From positions 1,792,001-1,856,000 of the forward strand of contig OY776510.1 in assembly GCA_963675665.1 (NCBI GenBank): DNA of 64,000 nucleotides, written 5' to 3'. A program made the position numbers and the translations under genes. This DNA comes from Spirochaetia bacterium (lineage in GTDB: Bacteria > Spirochaetota > Spirochaetia > UBA9216). Shown here in pieces: positions 19,010-28,903 of this stretch (positions are counted from its first letter, which is position 1; every line of letters starts with the position of its first letter). Below the pieces are notes generated by a model that saw only the letters and a program-made list of their open reading frames with translations, had not been told where the DNA came from and did no database searches.

Positions 19010-19064
19010 ATCTCCTGTTTGATAATGTTGATACCTATCATAATTGTAAAATACAGCTCAAAGC

Positions 19065-19092
19065 AGGCAGAATTTAGGCAAAATCAAGGCAG
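19065..19092. promoter_or_regulatory. Three AGGCA direct repeats at 11-bp period, candidate OmpR-family binding site
   Basis: AGGCAG at 19065, AGGCAA at 19076, AGGCAG at 19087, between divergent creD and the regulator. Confidence 0.6.
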
Positions 19093-19130
19093 TTGCTTGC
19101 AGTTCGGCAGCTATGTGATATTGTATTCTT

Positions 19131-19814
19131 ATGCATACCGTAGCCGTAATTGATGATGAAAGAAATATACGAAGCCTGATTAACCTTGCATTGGGGAAGG
19201 AAGGCTATAATGTTACAGAGTATTCCGATGGAGAGTCCGCCTGGATCGGACTGCAGACCGGGATGCCCGATGTGATTGTTCTGGATATAATGATGCCGAG
19301 GATGAACGGACTTGAGCTGTGCCGCAGAATAAAAGAAGTGAACCCTTCTGTTCCCGTTATATTCCTTTCCTCAAGGGATGATGAGTACGACAAAGTGCTC
19401 GGACTTGATTCCGGCGGAGATGATTATGTATGTAAACCGTTCAGCATGATGGAGCTTACGGCAAGAATCAGGGCGGCGGTAAGGCGGTCGGGAGCAGCGT
19501 TCCAGACTACAGGCGCCGTATACGACATAGAATGCGGACCTTTATCAATGTGTACGCCGGAGCTGGCAGTAAGCTGGAAGGGGGCCCAGATAAAATTATC
19601 AGTGACTGAATACAGGATCCTGTGCTTGCTTGCTTCCGCCCCCGGAACGGTACGCACCCGGGAGCAGCTTATGGAGGCCGCGTTTCCTGAAGATTCCTAC
19701 GTTAACGAAAGAGCCGCAGACAGTCATATCAAGCGGATTCGCAGGAAAATCAAGGATGTTGATCCTGATGCTGAAATCATTGAAGCTGTTTACGGTTTGG
19801 GTTACAGGCTTTGA
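19131..19814 (+). CDS. OmpR-family response regulator (ChvI/CreB-like)
   Basis: REC domain plus winged helix (DSHIKRIRRK, VYGLGY). Confidence 0.93.
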   Translation: MHTVAVIDDERNIRSLINLALGKEGYNVTEYSDGESAWIGLQTGMPDVIVLDIMMPRMNGLELCRRIKEVNPSVPVIFLSSRDDEYDKVLGLDSGGDDYVCKPFSMMELTARIRAAVRRSGAAFQTTGAVYDIECGPLSMCTPELAVSWKGAQIKLSVTEYRILCLLASAPGTVRTREQLMEAAFPEDSYVNERAADSHIKRIRRKIKDVDPDAEIIEAVYGLGYRL

Positions 19815-19827
19815 ACGGGAAAAGAAT

Positions 19828-21396
19828 ATGCTGAGACCCAGGCTGCGCTTCCGCAGAATATCGGTAAAACTGCTCGCATTCAACATCCTGCTCCTGTCTC
19901 TGCCGATGGTCAGTCTGCTGTATCTTGATACGTATGAGAGGCAGCTCCTGCGGGCGCAGGAGAATTCGATGATTCAGCAGGGACGGCTGCTGAGCGCCGC
20001 ACTTAACGGTTCGGCGGCCCTTGAAGAAGATGCTGCGCTGATTCTTAAAAACCTGAAAAACAGAGGGGTTTCAAGAATCAGGATTGTCGATTCACACGGC
20101 CGCCTTTTGGCCGACAGCGCGCAGCCGGTAGAACCCCCTGTTACGGCTGAGTCTAAATACTGGCGGACCGACGTCTCTACCTCGGCTGAAGAAACCTTGT
20201 TGTATCGGGCCGCGGTTTACCCGCTGAATGCTGTTAAAAAACTGTTGTTTCCGCCGGCCCCTGATTTGGGCAGCGGGGAATATTACAGCGGAAAGTCTGT
20301 ATTTGACGGTCCCGAGATTACGGTTGCCCTTGACGGACGCTACGGCGCGTCCACCAGACTTTCAAGCGGCGGACAGCGTTCGATTAACCTTTATTCGGCA
20401 ATTCCCGTTTTTGCTGAACCGGAAGAGCTTACCGTAACCGGCGCGGTCCTGGTTTCCCGTTCGACATACCAGATTCTCAGTTATCTGTATGAATTCAGGC
20501 TTGATATTATTCGAATATTCGTAATCTTTCTTGCTGTTTCAGTTGTCATATCATTCTCTCTGGCAATGAGCATAACGGTTCCGGTTGTACGACTGAAGAA
20601 CGAGGCGGGTAAAATTCTGGACGAATCAGGAAATTTTCGCAGCCATTTTACCGGGTCCAGGCGGCAGGATGAAATCGGCGAACTTTCCAGATCGCTTACA
20701 ATGCTGAGCACCGAACTTGAAAACAAGATGGACTTCATCAACCGGTTTACAGCAGACATGCTTCACGAGCTTAAAAATCCCCTGTCCGCAATAAAAGGAG
20801 CGGCACAAATGGCCCTTGCCGCTGAAGGAACAGAAGGCAGTTTTGATTTAAGGTCCATGATGAATCATATTCTTAATGAAGAGAAACGAATGGAACGTCT
20901 GTTATCCGAGTTGAGAAAACTGAGCAGTCTTGAGAATCGTATTGAAAATGAGCAGACGGAGGATGTAGATGTCTCTGCAGTATTGCCTGTGATTCTTGAA
21001 CGCTATCCGGGTATTGTTTTCCGGGATAATTCCATGGACGGCTTAAAAGTGAGAATAAATGTAGACAGGTTTGTTCAGGCTGTTACCAATCCTGTTGATA
21101 ATGCGGTTTCGTTTAATTCCGATAGCAATGCAGTCAGCGTGTATCTCGATGAACGCGCAGGGTTCTGTGTTATAACGGTAGAGGATAATGGTCCGGGCCT
21201 TTCGGAAAAAAGCCGGGCGAGGGTTTTTGAACGGTTTTATTCCGAACGTAGCGAAACCGACCGAAACGAGCATTCCGGGTTAGGCCTTTCTATCGTCAAA
21301 TCAATCACCAGCTATTACGGAGGCCGGTGCAGTATAGAGAACAGGCCCTCGGGAGGGTGCCGCTTTAAACTGGAATTCCCTGTTTGTGCCGTATAA
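19828..21396 (+). CDS. Sensor histidine kinase (ChvG/CreC-like)
   Basis: 2 TM, HAMP (DEIGELS), HELKNPL, DNGPG, GLGL; start at ATG 19828. Confidence 0.92.
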   Translation: MLRPRLRFRRISVKLLAFNILLLSLPMVSLLYLDTYERQLLRAQENSMIQQGRLLSAALNGSAALEEDAALILKNLKNRGVSRIRIVDSHGRLLADSAQPVEPPVTAESKYWRTDVSTSAEETLLYRAAVYPLNAVKKLLFPPAPDLGSGEYYSGKSVFDGPEITVALDGRYGASTRLSSGGQRSINLYSAIPVFAEPEELTVTGAVLVSRSTYQILSYLYEFRLDIIRIFVIFLAVSVVISFSLAMSITVPVVRLKNEAGKILDESGNFRSHFTGSRRQDEIGELSRSLTMLSTELENKMDFINRFTADMLHELKNPLSAIKGAAQMALAAEGTEGSFDLRSMMNHILNEEKRMERLLSELRKLSSLENRIENEQTEDVDVSAVLPVILERYPGIVFRDNSMDGLKVRINVDRFVQAVTNPVDNAVSFNSDSNAVSVYLDERAGFCVITVEDNGPGLSEKSRARVFERFYSERSETDRNEHSGLGLSIVKSITSYYGGRCSIENRPSGGCRFKLEFPVCAV

Positions 21397-21510
21397 AACA
21401 CAGAACAGCTTCTTTTTTTTTGTTTTTATAAAAAAATATGTAACTTTTGATATGTTAAATTATTTATTAAATGGAGGGGGGGAGATTATATAATTCTTTT
21501 TGGAGGAAGT

Positions 21511-22146
21511 ATGAAAAAGGTCGTTTTGATGGTTCTATTCGTAGTTTTGATTCTACCTCTTGGTCTTTTTGCAGCAGATGACTATGGATTCACTTACGGA
21601 GATTGGGAAATCGTTGGAAACAGGGTTTTTCAGAATGATGTTGAAACAGGTATAGCAAAAGCCTGGCTGAGGTATCCTCAGAAAGGTGTTGTTGAATATA
21701 ATTTCAATGTCAGATATGAGGACGGTTTTTTGGATGACCAGCATGCCGGTTTCGGTCTGCACATCTTTGTTGACAAGCCTGCAAAGGGTTTCAGCTGGGG
21801 AGAAGGAAAGTCTTACCTGTTATGGTTGAACTATGATGCAAATCCTGTTTCAAAGGATATACCCGCCGGACTCAGTGCCCAGATTTATAAAAGCAATGCA
21901 AACTGGGATATGGAATTGGTTGAGTCCGTCAGCCTTTCGGCTCTTGAGAAAGCTATTTTAAAATATCCGAAAAGCACCAAGGTGCCTATCAAAATAGTCG
22001 CAGACGGCAGGACCGGAATAATTAAACTTTATGATCCCGTTAATGCCGGGCTGTTTTATACCCTTAAACTCGGTAACTGGATGCCGTTATCGGGTGATTA
22101 CGTAACGCTTAGAACAAACAGCGGAGCATTCAGCTTCGGTTATTAA
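21511..22146 (+). CDS. Exported hypothetical protein, predicted beta-rich
   Basis: GGAGG RBS, signal peptide, own terminator. Confidence 0.7.
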   Translation: MKKVVLMVLFVVLILPLGLFAADDYGFTYGDWEIVGNRVFQNDVETGIAKAWLRYPQKGVVEYNFNVRYEDGFLDDQHAGFGLHIFVDKPAKGFSWGEGKSYLLWLNYDANPVSKDIPAGLSAQIYKSNANWDMELVESVSLSALEKAILKYPKSTKVPIKIVADGRTGIIKLYDPVNAGLFYTLKLGNWMPLSGDYVTLRTNSGAFSFGY

Positions 22147-22156
22147 GTAATACCAA

Positions 22157-22195
22157 ATAAAAAAACCGCATCTTTTCGGGATGCGGTTTTTTTAT
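22157..22195. terminator. Bidirectional intrinsic terminator
   Basis: AAAAAAACCGCATC-TTTTCGG-GATGCGGTTTTTTT between convergent genes. Confidence 0.85.
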
Positions 22196-22243
22196 GGGCG
22201 GCTGTTCTGAATCACAAGCCGATTATCTCTAAAGTTATTACAT

Positions 22244-22708
22244 CTAAAGTTCATTGGCATATGCGGTCAGTTTTTCCGTCCAGACGTCGCTTTTCCTTTC
22301 GAAGTCTGAAAATTGAACTGTTTTTACAGGAGCCCCGCCTGTTTCGGTCAGTTTTTCAAGTACTTTGTCCTGACCGCTGCCCGAGAATGTAAGCAGGTAT
22401 GATACGTTCCTGAATTTTTCTTTGTTGGTTGAGAGATATTTACGGATAGGCGGGGTAATGTTTGAGGCCCAGACTGGACCGCATACTATAACCAGGTTAT
22501 AGTCTTCCGGTTTTTCTTCCGGCTCTATTATATCAACCGGTTCTTCTTTCATTGCGAGTCTGCCGCCTGCAAGCCAGCCGAAAGGTCCCTTGAAACTCTT
22601 TTTCGAAATTATTTCGGCAAGGTCACAGTCAAGATATTCAGCCAGTTTTTTCGCTACTTTTCTGGTTGAACCCGATCTTGAATAGTACACAACTAATTTG
22701 TCCGGCAT
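22244..22708 (-). CDS. Flavodoxin family protein
   Basis: VVYYSRSGST, GPVWA; start MPDK after GGAGG. Confidence 0.85.
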   Translation of the reverse strand: MPDKLVVYYSRSGSTRKVAKKLAEYLDCDLAEIISKKSFKGPFGWLAGGRLAMKEEPVDIIEPEEKPEDYNLVIVCGPVWASNITPPIRKYLSTNKEKFRNVSYLLTFSGSGQDKVLEKLTETGGAPVKTVQFSDFERKSDVWTEKLTAYANEL

Positions 22709-22722
22709 ATTCAGTCCTCCAT

Positions 22723-24060
22723 TCAATTCAGATATTTGTTATTGTTTCTGATATTTTCTATACAATTAAAAAATACACCCAGTTCATAAGCAAGATCAAG
22801 TATGGTATACCTGTTTCTCATACACTGAGCTTTAGCAAAAGCCGACACTGCAGTTTTCCGGCTCATGTTGATTTCTTCAGGTGAAACAGGGCATCCGGCG
22901 GTTTTAAGCATCTGTCTGAGCTTGTCATAATCAGGAAGTTTTGCCTCTACCTTACTTTTCAGTTCTCCCCATCCTGCCTTAATGCGGATGAGCCTGGTCC
23001 GTAACTGCTGCTGATCAAGGTGTTTTTGTCTGCAGATTTCAATATATTCCCTCCATGACGGCAGATTTTCCATAAGTTGTTCTATTTCGACAGTGCGCCG
23101 CTCCCACGGGGGGTATGCGGCAACTGCTGTTTCGATATCAATATCATCAGCATTCAACGAGAAGACTTCGGTCATAAGAGCGCTGACGCAGCAGATTCCG
23201 ACAGAAACCTGAAACCCGTGGGATACCGGGTTTCCGTCAGCGCCGAGATGCCCGGACATTTCCCAGATGTGGCTCAGCAGATGCTCCGCCCCCGAGGCTG
23301 CTCTTGAACGTCCCAGGATTTGCATTGCCAGCCCGCTGAGGTTGAGACCTTCAAAGACATCGGACAGTTTTTCCGATTTGCCTGCCGCAAGGGCTTCCGG
23401 GGCGTCAAGCCATTTGTCAAGATTCGGCTGGATTATATTCCAGACGTTTAAGTCAATCGGATCAGCTCCTGTAAAATCAGCGATTATCCAGTCGGCGCCT
23501 GCGGTGAGTTTGCTGGCCAGGTCTCCAAAGCCGGCGGCTGACGCTTCGGGGGGAGCTGTTCCCAGAATGCGTGTGTCCGCTATAACAGCTTTGGGGGCAG
23601 GGCATTCCATTGTCTGTTTTCTGCCGTTTCTGGTCAGTGCTGCACCTGAAGAACAATATCCGTCCATTGATGCGGCTGTGCCTATGCAGAGGTAAGTCCT
23701 GTCAAGCTCGAATGCTGCACGTTTGACAAGATCGTTTATGGTTCCGGAACCGACTGATACGGGGATTATTTTCCTGTTTTGTCCGATCCTTTCCTTTATC
23801 GCCCGTGTGTTTGTATAATCAGCCTGAAGCCGGGGTTGTGCATTGAATATTAGCGGGGGTGCGGTTTTAATTCCTGCAGAACCGAAAAGATTTTCTGCTG
23901 TCATGCCGGCCGCAGCCCATGTGTTTTCATCAGCAACAATCATGGCGGTGCCCTGTGGCCAGTAGGTTTTGAAACATTCGGGGCATTTATCAATTACGCC
24001 TTCGCCGAAAATCAGTTCGTCTGTATCTTTTGTCTGTGAAAGTATCTGATCGAATTTCAT
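22723..24060 (-). CDS. sn-glycerol-1-phosphate dehydrogenase (AraM/EgsA family)
   Basis: GSGTINDL, TAASMDG, ASGAEH, SHG. Confidence 0.88.
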   Translation of the reverse strand: MKFDQILSQTKDTDELIFGEGVIDKCPECFKTYWPQGTAMIVADENTWAAAGMTAENLFGSAGIKTAPPLIFNAQPRLQADYTNTRAIKERIGQNRKIIPVSVGSGTINDLVKRAAFELDRTYLCIGTAASMDGYCSSGAALTRNGRKQTMECPAPKAVIADTRILGTAPPEASAAGFGDLASKLTAGADWIIADFTGADPIDLNVWNIIQPNLDKWLDAPEALAAGKSEKLSDVFEGLNLSGLAMQILGRSRAASGAEHLLSHIWEMSGHLGADGNPVSHGFQVSVGICCVSALMTEVFSLNADDIDIETAVAAYPPWERRTVEIEQLMENLPSWREYIEICRQKHLDQQQLRTRLIRIKAGWGELKSKVEAKLPDYDKLRQMLKTAGCPVSPEEINMSRKTAVSAFAKAQCMRNRYTILDLAYELGVFFNCIENIRNNNKYLN

Positions 24061-24176
24061 ACGGCATAATATCATAAAATACACTTGATTTTTACCCGCT
24101 ATTCGATAAACTTATCGATAAGGGAAGGCTTTTTAATGTTTGAAACTTTTGAAATGCCGACCATAATGTAACGGAG

Positions 24177-25841
24177 ATGATATTTATGTATAGCGGCAGT
24201 CTGGCTGACTCTCTGCAGTTGGCAATTTCTGTAAACTGTTTAACCCTTCTTGTGATCATAACGGCAATCTACCTGGGGTACTTTTTGCAGACTAAAGAAA
24301 AAGCATTTTTCGCCGGGGCGTTTGTTACTTTCAACATAATGCTGTTTGTCCTGGCTGAGACCATTATTATAATAACCGGATGGGTTGATAATGTCTTTCT
24401 TGGAAGGCAGCTTCACCGGCTGGAGCAGATCCCTATTTTTCTTTTTCTTGCAACTCTGCCATATTTCTTAATATATGCATTTCCTGCAAAGGGCGCGGTT
24501 AAAAGGATTCTGGAACTGTTTTTCTGGGTCGGATTGGCAATAACCGCGGCAATATCAATTGCCGCGTATGTATTTCCGGATTCACTTGTTTCCGTTGCTG
24601 CGCCTTCAGTGACACCGGCTGCATCTCCGGGTGATTTTACAAGAGGGCTTGAAGGTTCATTGTTTGTTGTGCGGGATATCATGCTGGCGGTTTATATCAT
24701 GCTGGCGCTGCTGTATTCGATTTACTATCTGGTCAAAAAGAACCCCAATTTTCAGAGTTTGATGCTTTTTCTCGGAATTCTCATGGCCATCTTCGGCGGG
24801 GCAGATGATCTGCAATACTTCTATACAGGCAAGAATCTTTTGTTTAACGGTTTGCGTTTTTCAAGATTTGTTCTCTGTTCAACAATTATGCTTCTTTTCT
24901 TTGTTGCCGCTGTTTTCAGCAAATACTTCAAGTCGCATACAATGCTTGAAAAAACAACCCACGATTTGGCAGTTTCGGAAAACAAGTATTCTCTTCTGAT
25001 GGATGCAGCTAATGAAATAATGTTTTCGCTTTCGGAGGATCTTACTATCATTACAGCAAATTCCAAGGCTTCGCAGTTATTCAGGCTTACCGAAGACAAT
25101 GTAAATTTTATGGATTGTCTCTATCACAGTGATTATGAATCAAAGGCAGACGATACCTTCTTTCGTGAGCAACTGCTTGAGCTTCGGGAAAACGGAAAAA
25201 AATTATCTCTCAATACATATATAATGGATCCGGTAACACGGGAACCGGTTGAATATCACTTCAGGTTTGACTGTTTTTATGATGATGAGAACCTGGAACT
25301 GATAGGCAGGGCCTGGCCTACTGCATCGTCAAAGCTGATGGATTTTATCGGAACGGAAAGACTGTCGCTTGGTGTAGATAATTATATTACTATGGTCGGT
25401 GATATAGTTGACCGGCTGACTGCAAATACAAAAAGGTGCCTCGATGAAGGCGACGTGATGATGATGAAAATGGGACTTCAGGAGATGATTGTCAATGCTA
25501 TGGAGCATGGAAACCTGAACGTAACGTTTGATGAAAAAACAAAGGCCCAGGAAGAAGGGCGGCTGTTTGAGTTTATGAGTGAACGTCGTCAGTTGCCGGA
25601 ATTTCGGGACAAAAAAGTCAATATAGATTATTATTTTGATGAAACCAAGGTTATCTACCGTATTACCGATATGGGCGAAGGTTTTGATTATCATAAAATA
25701 ATGGACAGGGTAAAGAACGAAGTTAACCAGCAGGAGCTTTCTCACGGACGCGGGATAATAATGACTCAGGCTGTTTTTGACAAGGTTGAATACAACGATA
25801 AAGGCAATCAGGTTCTTCTTGTGAAAGAATTTGCCAAATAA
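24177..25841 (+). CDS. Multi-TM sensor with PAS-like region and RsbW-type HATPase domain
   Basis: About 7 TM segments; EMIVNAMEHGN, DMGEGFD, HGRGI, YNDKGN; no HisKA H-box. Confidence 0.75.
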   Translation: MIFMYSGSLADSLQLAISVNCLTLLVIITAIYLGYFLQTKEKAFFAGAFVTFNIMLFVLAETIIIITGWVDNVFLGRQLHRLEQIPIFLFLATLPYFLIYAFPAKGAVKRILELFFWVGLAITAAISIAAYVFPDSLVSVAAPSVTPAASPGDFTRGLEGSLFVVRDIMLAVYIMLALLYSIYYLVKKNPNFQSLMLFLGILMAIFGGADDLQYFYTGKNLLFNGLRFSRFVLCSTIMLLFFVAAVFSKYFKSHTMLEKTTHDLAVSENKYSLLMDAANEIMFSLSEDLTIITANSKASQLFRLTEDNVNFMDCLYHSDYESKADDTFFREQLLELRENGKKLSLNTYIMDPVTREPVEYHFRFDCFYDDENLELIGRAWPTASSKLMDFIGTERLSLGVDNYITMVGDIVDRLTANTKRCLDEGDVMMMKMGLQEMIVNAMEHGNLNVTFDEKTKAQEEGRLFEFMSERRQLPEFRDKKVNIDYYFDETKVIYRITDMGEGFDYHKIMDRVKNEVNQQELSHGRGIIMTQAVFDKVEYNDKGNQVLLVKEFAK

Positions 25842-25874
25842 GGTAACATTAATAACATAATAGCGAGGTAGAAA

Positions 25875-26444
25875 ATGAAAGTAATCGGGATAAACGGAAG
25901 CCCGAGAAAAGACGGAAATACTTATGCGATGATAAATACTGTCTTCAGTGTGCTGGAATCCAAAGGTATTGATTGTGAGATGTTCCAGCTCGGCGGCAAT
26001 GCTCTAAGAGGCTGCACCGGCTGCAACTGGTGTAAAGACCATAAAGAGGGCCGCTGCGTAATAGAAAGCGACTGTATTAACGATGCCATCAGAAAGATGG
26101 TTGAGGCAGATGCGGTAATTATCGGATCGCCTACCTATTTTGCGGCCCTCACAACCGAGACCAAGGCTTTAATTGATCGCGCAGGAAGAATTTGCCGTTC
26201 ACAGGGGCTTCTGCGTCGAAAGGTGGGTGCCGCCGTGACCCCGGCAAGACGCGCAGGGACCCTGAATGTATTTCAGGCGATAAACAATTTCTTTCTGGTT
26301 CAGGAAATGATCGTGCCGGGCTCTTCATACTGGAATGTAGGTATGGCGGCCGGTCCGGGAGATTTTGATAATGATGCCGAAGGGGTTGGGATAATGACTA
26401 CCCTGGGTGAAAACATTGCATGGCTGCTTGAAAAGACAAACTGA
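25875..26444 (+). CDS. Iron-sulfur flavoprotein (multimeric flavodoxin family)
   Basis: NGSPRKDGNT, CTGCNWC...C, GSPTYF. Confidence 0.9.
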   Translation: MKVIGINGSPRKDGNTYAMINTVFSVLESKGIDCEMFQLGGNALRGCTGCNWCKDHKEGRCVIESDCINDAIRKMVEADAVIIGSPTYFAALTTETKALIDRAGRICRSQGLLRRKVGAAVTPARRAGTLNVFQAINNFFLVQEMIVPGSSYWNVGMAAGPGDFDNDAEGVGIMTTLGENIAWLLEKTN

Positions 26445-26506
26445 TTAATTCTGTTGATATAGATTTAAATACATAACTTCACTTTTCTTTTTTGTAATAT
26501 TTTATC

Positions 26507-26550
26507 TTGACAAATCAAAATTTTGCTTTCATAATAAATGAAACGTTTCA
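26507..26550 (+). promoter_or_regulatory. Sigma70 promoter with LacI-type operator at the start site
   Basis: TTGACA-N17-CATAAT, then palindrome TGAAACGTTTCA (26539-26550). Confidence 0.8.
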
Positions 26551-26604
26551 AAATACGATTCAATTTTGTATAATTTTATTGGGGGTAGTATAAAAGCGTT
26601 TACC

Positions 26605-28830
26605 ATGAGTACTATCAAAGATGTAGCAAAACTTGCCGGAGTTTCTTTGGGAACAGTCTCTAATGTTCTCAACGGAAAGAAAGCTGTTAATCCTGATAAA
26701 GCAAGACGGGTACAGCAGGCGATTGAAGAACTGAACTATAAACCGCATCAAACCGCCCGCAGTCTTAAAACCAGCCGAAGCATGAATGTGGCTGTGGTAT
26801 TACCCGATATTCTTGATCCGATGAGGGCAAGTCTTTTTACCGGAATCGAAAGAGTGCTGTCTCAGCAAGGTTATGCTGTAAGCCTTTATACAACTTCTGA
26901 AGTCCCTGCAAAGGAAACATCAATTATTCAACGGGTTCTTGAACAGCGTGCTGACGGTCTTATTATTTCAACCTGTCAACCTCAGAACGAGAGGCTGTTC
27001 AGCATGCTTCAGGAAAACGACACATCGGTTGTGCTTGTCGAAAGAGCAGTGGCTGCAGTAGACTTTCATCTTGTTGAATTTGATAATTACTCTTCAATAT
27101 TCAGTCTTGTTACCGGGTTTCTGTCGGAAGAAAAGAACGACAATATTTTGATTGCGGGGCAGACAGGTTTTTCAAGTGAGGACAGGTGCGTCGATGCTTT
27201 TCAGAATGCATACAAGGGCAAAGGGGAAAATGCAGACGGAAAGTTCATAAGATCCGGTTTCAATAAAGAGAATGCATTCAGGGAGTTTACGCGTTATCTG
27301 CAGAAAAACAAAATGCCTGATAATGTGATAACTACAGGAACTCCCTTAATGAACGGAGTTATGAAAGCCATTGAAATGCAGTCAATTGAAACCGACAAGC
27401 GGCCTGGACTGTACGCTCTTTCTGAAGAGAATTGGGCCGGAACGGCATCTTACGATTTCACTGCAATTCCGCGAAGGCCTATAGCGCTTGGAGAAGCAGC
27501 GGCAGAACTGCTGCTTTCCGAAATAAAATCGGCACGCCCGGCTGATATAAGCAGCACAAAAATATCGAATATAGATTACAGAACCAAAAGCTACTCCGCT
27601 TTCATCGGGAATGATCGGGAAAAAACCATTAAAATATTAATGCTTGACAGCCCGGCTTACAAAGCGGTTAAGAGTCTGTCATTCGATTTTGAGAAAAAAT
27701 ACGGAATTAAGATCGAATATACTGCGCTGAATTATGAAGAAATTGCCGAGACAATCGGAGATGAATCCAGAAGGGCGGAATATGATGTTCTACAGCTGGA
27801 TATACCATGGTTGCCTGATCTTGTTCAGAGCAGGGCTCTTCTCGAATTGAGCGATTACAATAAGGAAATTGAAACAATTGCCCGGGAATTTATTCCAGGT
27901 GTTCTTTCAGCGTATTCACGGTTTGACGACGGAATCTATGCCATGCCCTTTATGTTTGGGACTCAGCTTTTGTATTACAGAAAAGATCTGTTCGAGGATC
28001 AGGCTTCACAGATTGAGTTCAGGGAAAAATACGGGTTTGAACTCAAAGTTCCGAAAACCTGGACGGAATTCAATCTTATTGCAGAGTTTTTCACAAGGAC
28101 ATGCAACCCCGAATCTCCTGTTGAATACGGGACGACTCTCGGCGGCAAGATGTACAGCGGTGCAGTCTGCGAATTTCTTCCGAGGCTTTGGGCTTACGGA
28201 GGGGCAATAATCGATGATAACGGCCGAATAAATCCTGATACTACTGCATTTAAAAAATCGCTCAATGTTTATAAGCAGAGTTTCAGATATGCTCATCCGG
28301 ACTCGACGGAGTACTGGTGGGATGAACAATTGAGAGATTTTAAAGCCGGAAAAGCTGCCATGATGATAATGTTTATTGCTCATGCGGTTGACCTGGCTGA
28401 TTCCGCCGGGTCCGAGATAAACGGGAAAATAGGGTATGACGTTATTCCGGGAAGCACACCGCTTCTGGGAGGATGGTCCATCGGTATAAATGCTGCGAGT
28501 TCAAAGGCCGCTGAAGCATTCACTTTTATCAAGTGGGCGGCATCCAAGGAACTTGCAATACCTCAAACAATACTCGGCGGTTCAACTGCTTCCATCTCTC
28601 TTTATAAAAGCTCGGAACTGCTTACAATTTATCCGTGGCTGCCGAAAGCTGTTGAAAGTTTCAAGTTGAGCAGAAAGCGTGATGTTTCACGAAAAAGTAC
28701 AGCAGGAAAACTTTCAGAAAAAGATTTTGAATTGATTCTGGGCCGGGCAGTTAACGAGGCTGTATCGGGGAAGAAATCAATTGATGATGCAGTTCAGGAA
28801 ACCCTCAACCACATTCAGGAACTGCTGTAG
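26605..28830 (+). CDS. LacI regulator fused to a C-terminal sugar solute-binding domain
   Basis: TIKDVAKLAGVSLGTVS HTH; C-terminal half has DIPW, LYYRKDL and LGGWSIGI typical of sugar SBPs; one continuous ORF. Confidence 0.85.
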   Translation: MSTIKDVAKLAGVSLGTVSNVLNGKKAVNPDKARRVQQAIEELNYKPHQTARSLKTSRSMNVAVVLPDILDPMRASLFTGIERVLSQQGYAVSLYTTSEVPAKETSIIQRVLEQRADGLIISTCQPQNERLFSMLQENDTSVVLVERAVAAVDFHLVEFDNYSSIFSLVTGFLSEEKNDNILIAGQTGFSSEDRCVDAFQNAYKGKGENADGKFIRSGFNKENAFREFTRYLQKNKMPDNVITTGTPLMNGVMKAIEMQSIETDKRPGLYALSEENWAGTASYDFTAIPRRPIALGEAAAELLLSEIKSARPADISSTKISNIDYRTKSYSAFIGNDREKTIKILMLDSPAYKAVKSLSFDFEKKYGIKIEYTALNYEEIAETIGDESRRAEYDVLQLDIPWLPDLVQSRALLELSDYNKEIETIAREFIPGVLSAYSRFDDGIYAMPFMFGTQLLYYRKDLFEDQASQIEFREKYGFELKVPKTWTEFNLIAEFFTRTCNPESPVEYGTTLGGKMYSGAVCEFLPRLWAYGGAIIDDNGRINPDTTAFKKSLNVYKQSFRYAHPDSTEYWWDEQLRDFKAGKAAMMIMFIAHAVDLADSAGSEINGKIGYDVIPGSTPLLGGWSIGINAASSKAAEAFTFIKWAASKELAIPQTILGGSTASISLYKSSELLTIYPWLPKAVESFKLSRKRDVSRKSTAGKLSEKDFELILGRAVNEAVSGKKSIDDAVQETLNHIQELL

Positions 28831-28903
28831 ACAGACGATTCCTATTATCCTGCAGTTCCCTGTGCGGGGAGCTGAAAGGAAAAAATATTTTACAGGAGGA
28901 TAT

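Noticed and set aside
22723-24060. G1P dehydrogenase as a sign of archaeal-type lipids
   Set aside because: AraM-type homologues are common in bacteria; no GGGP synthase in the window
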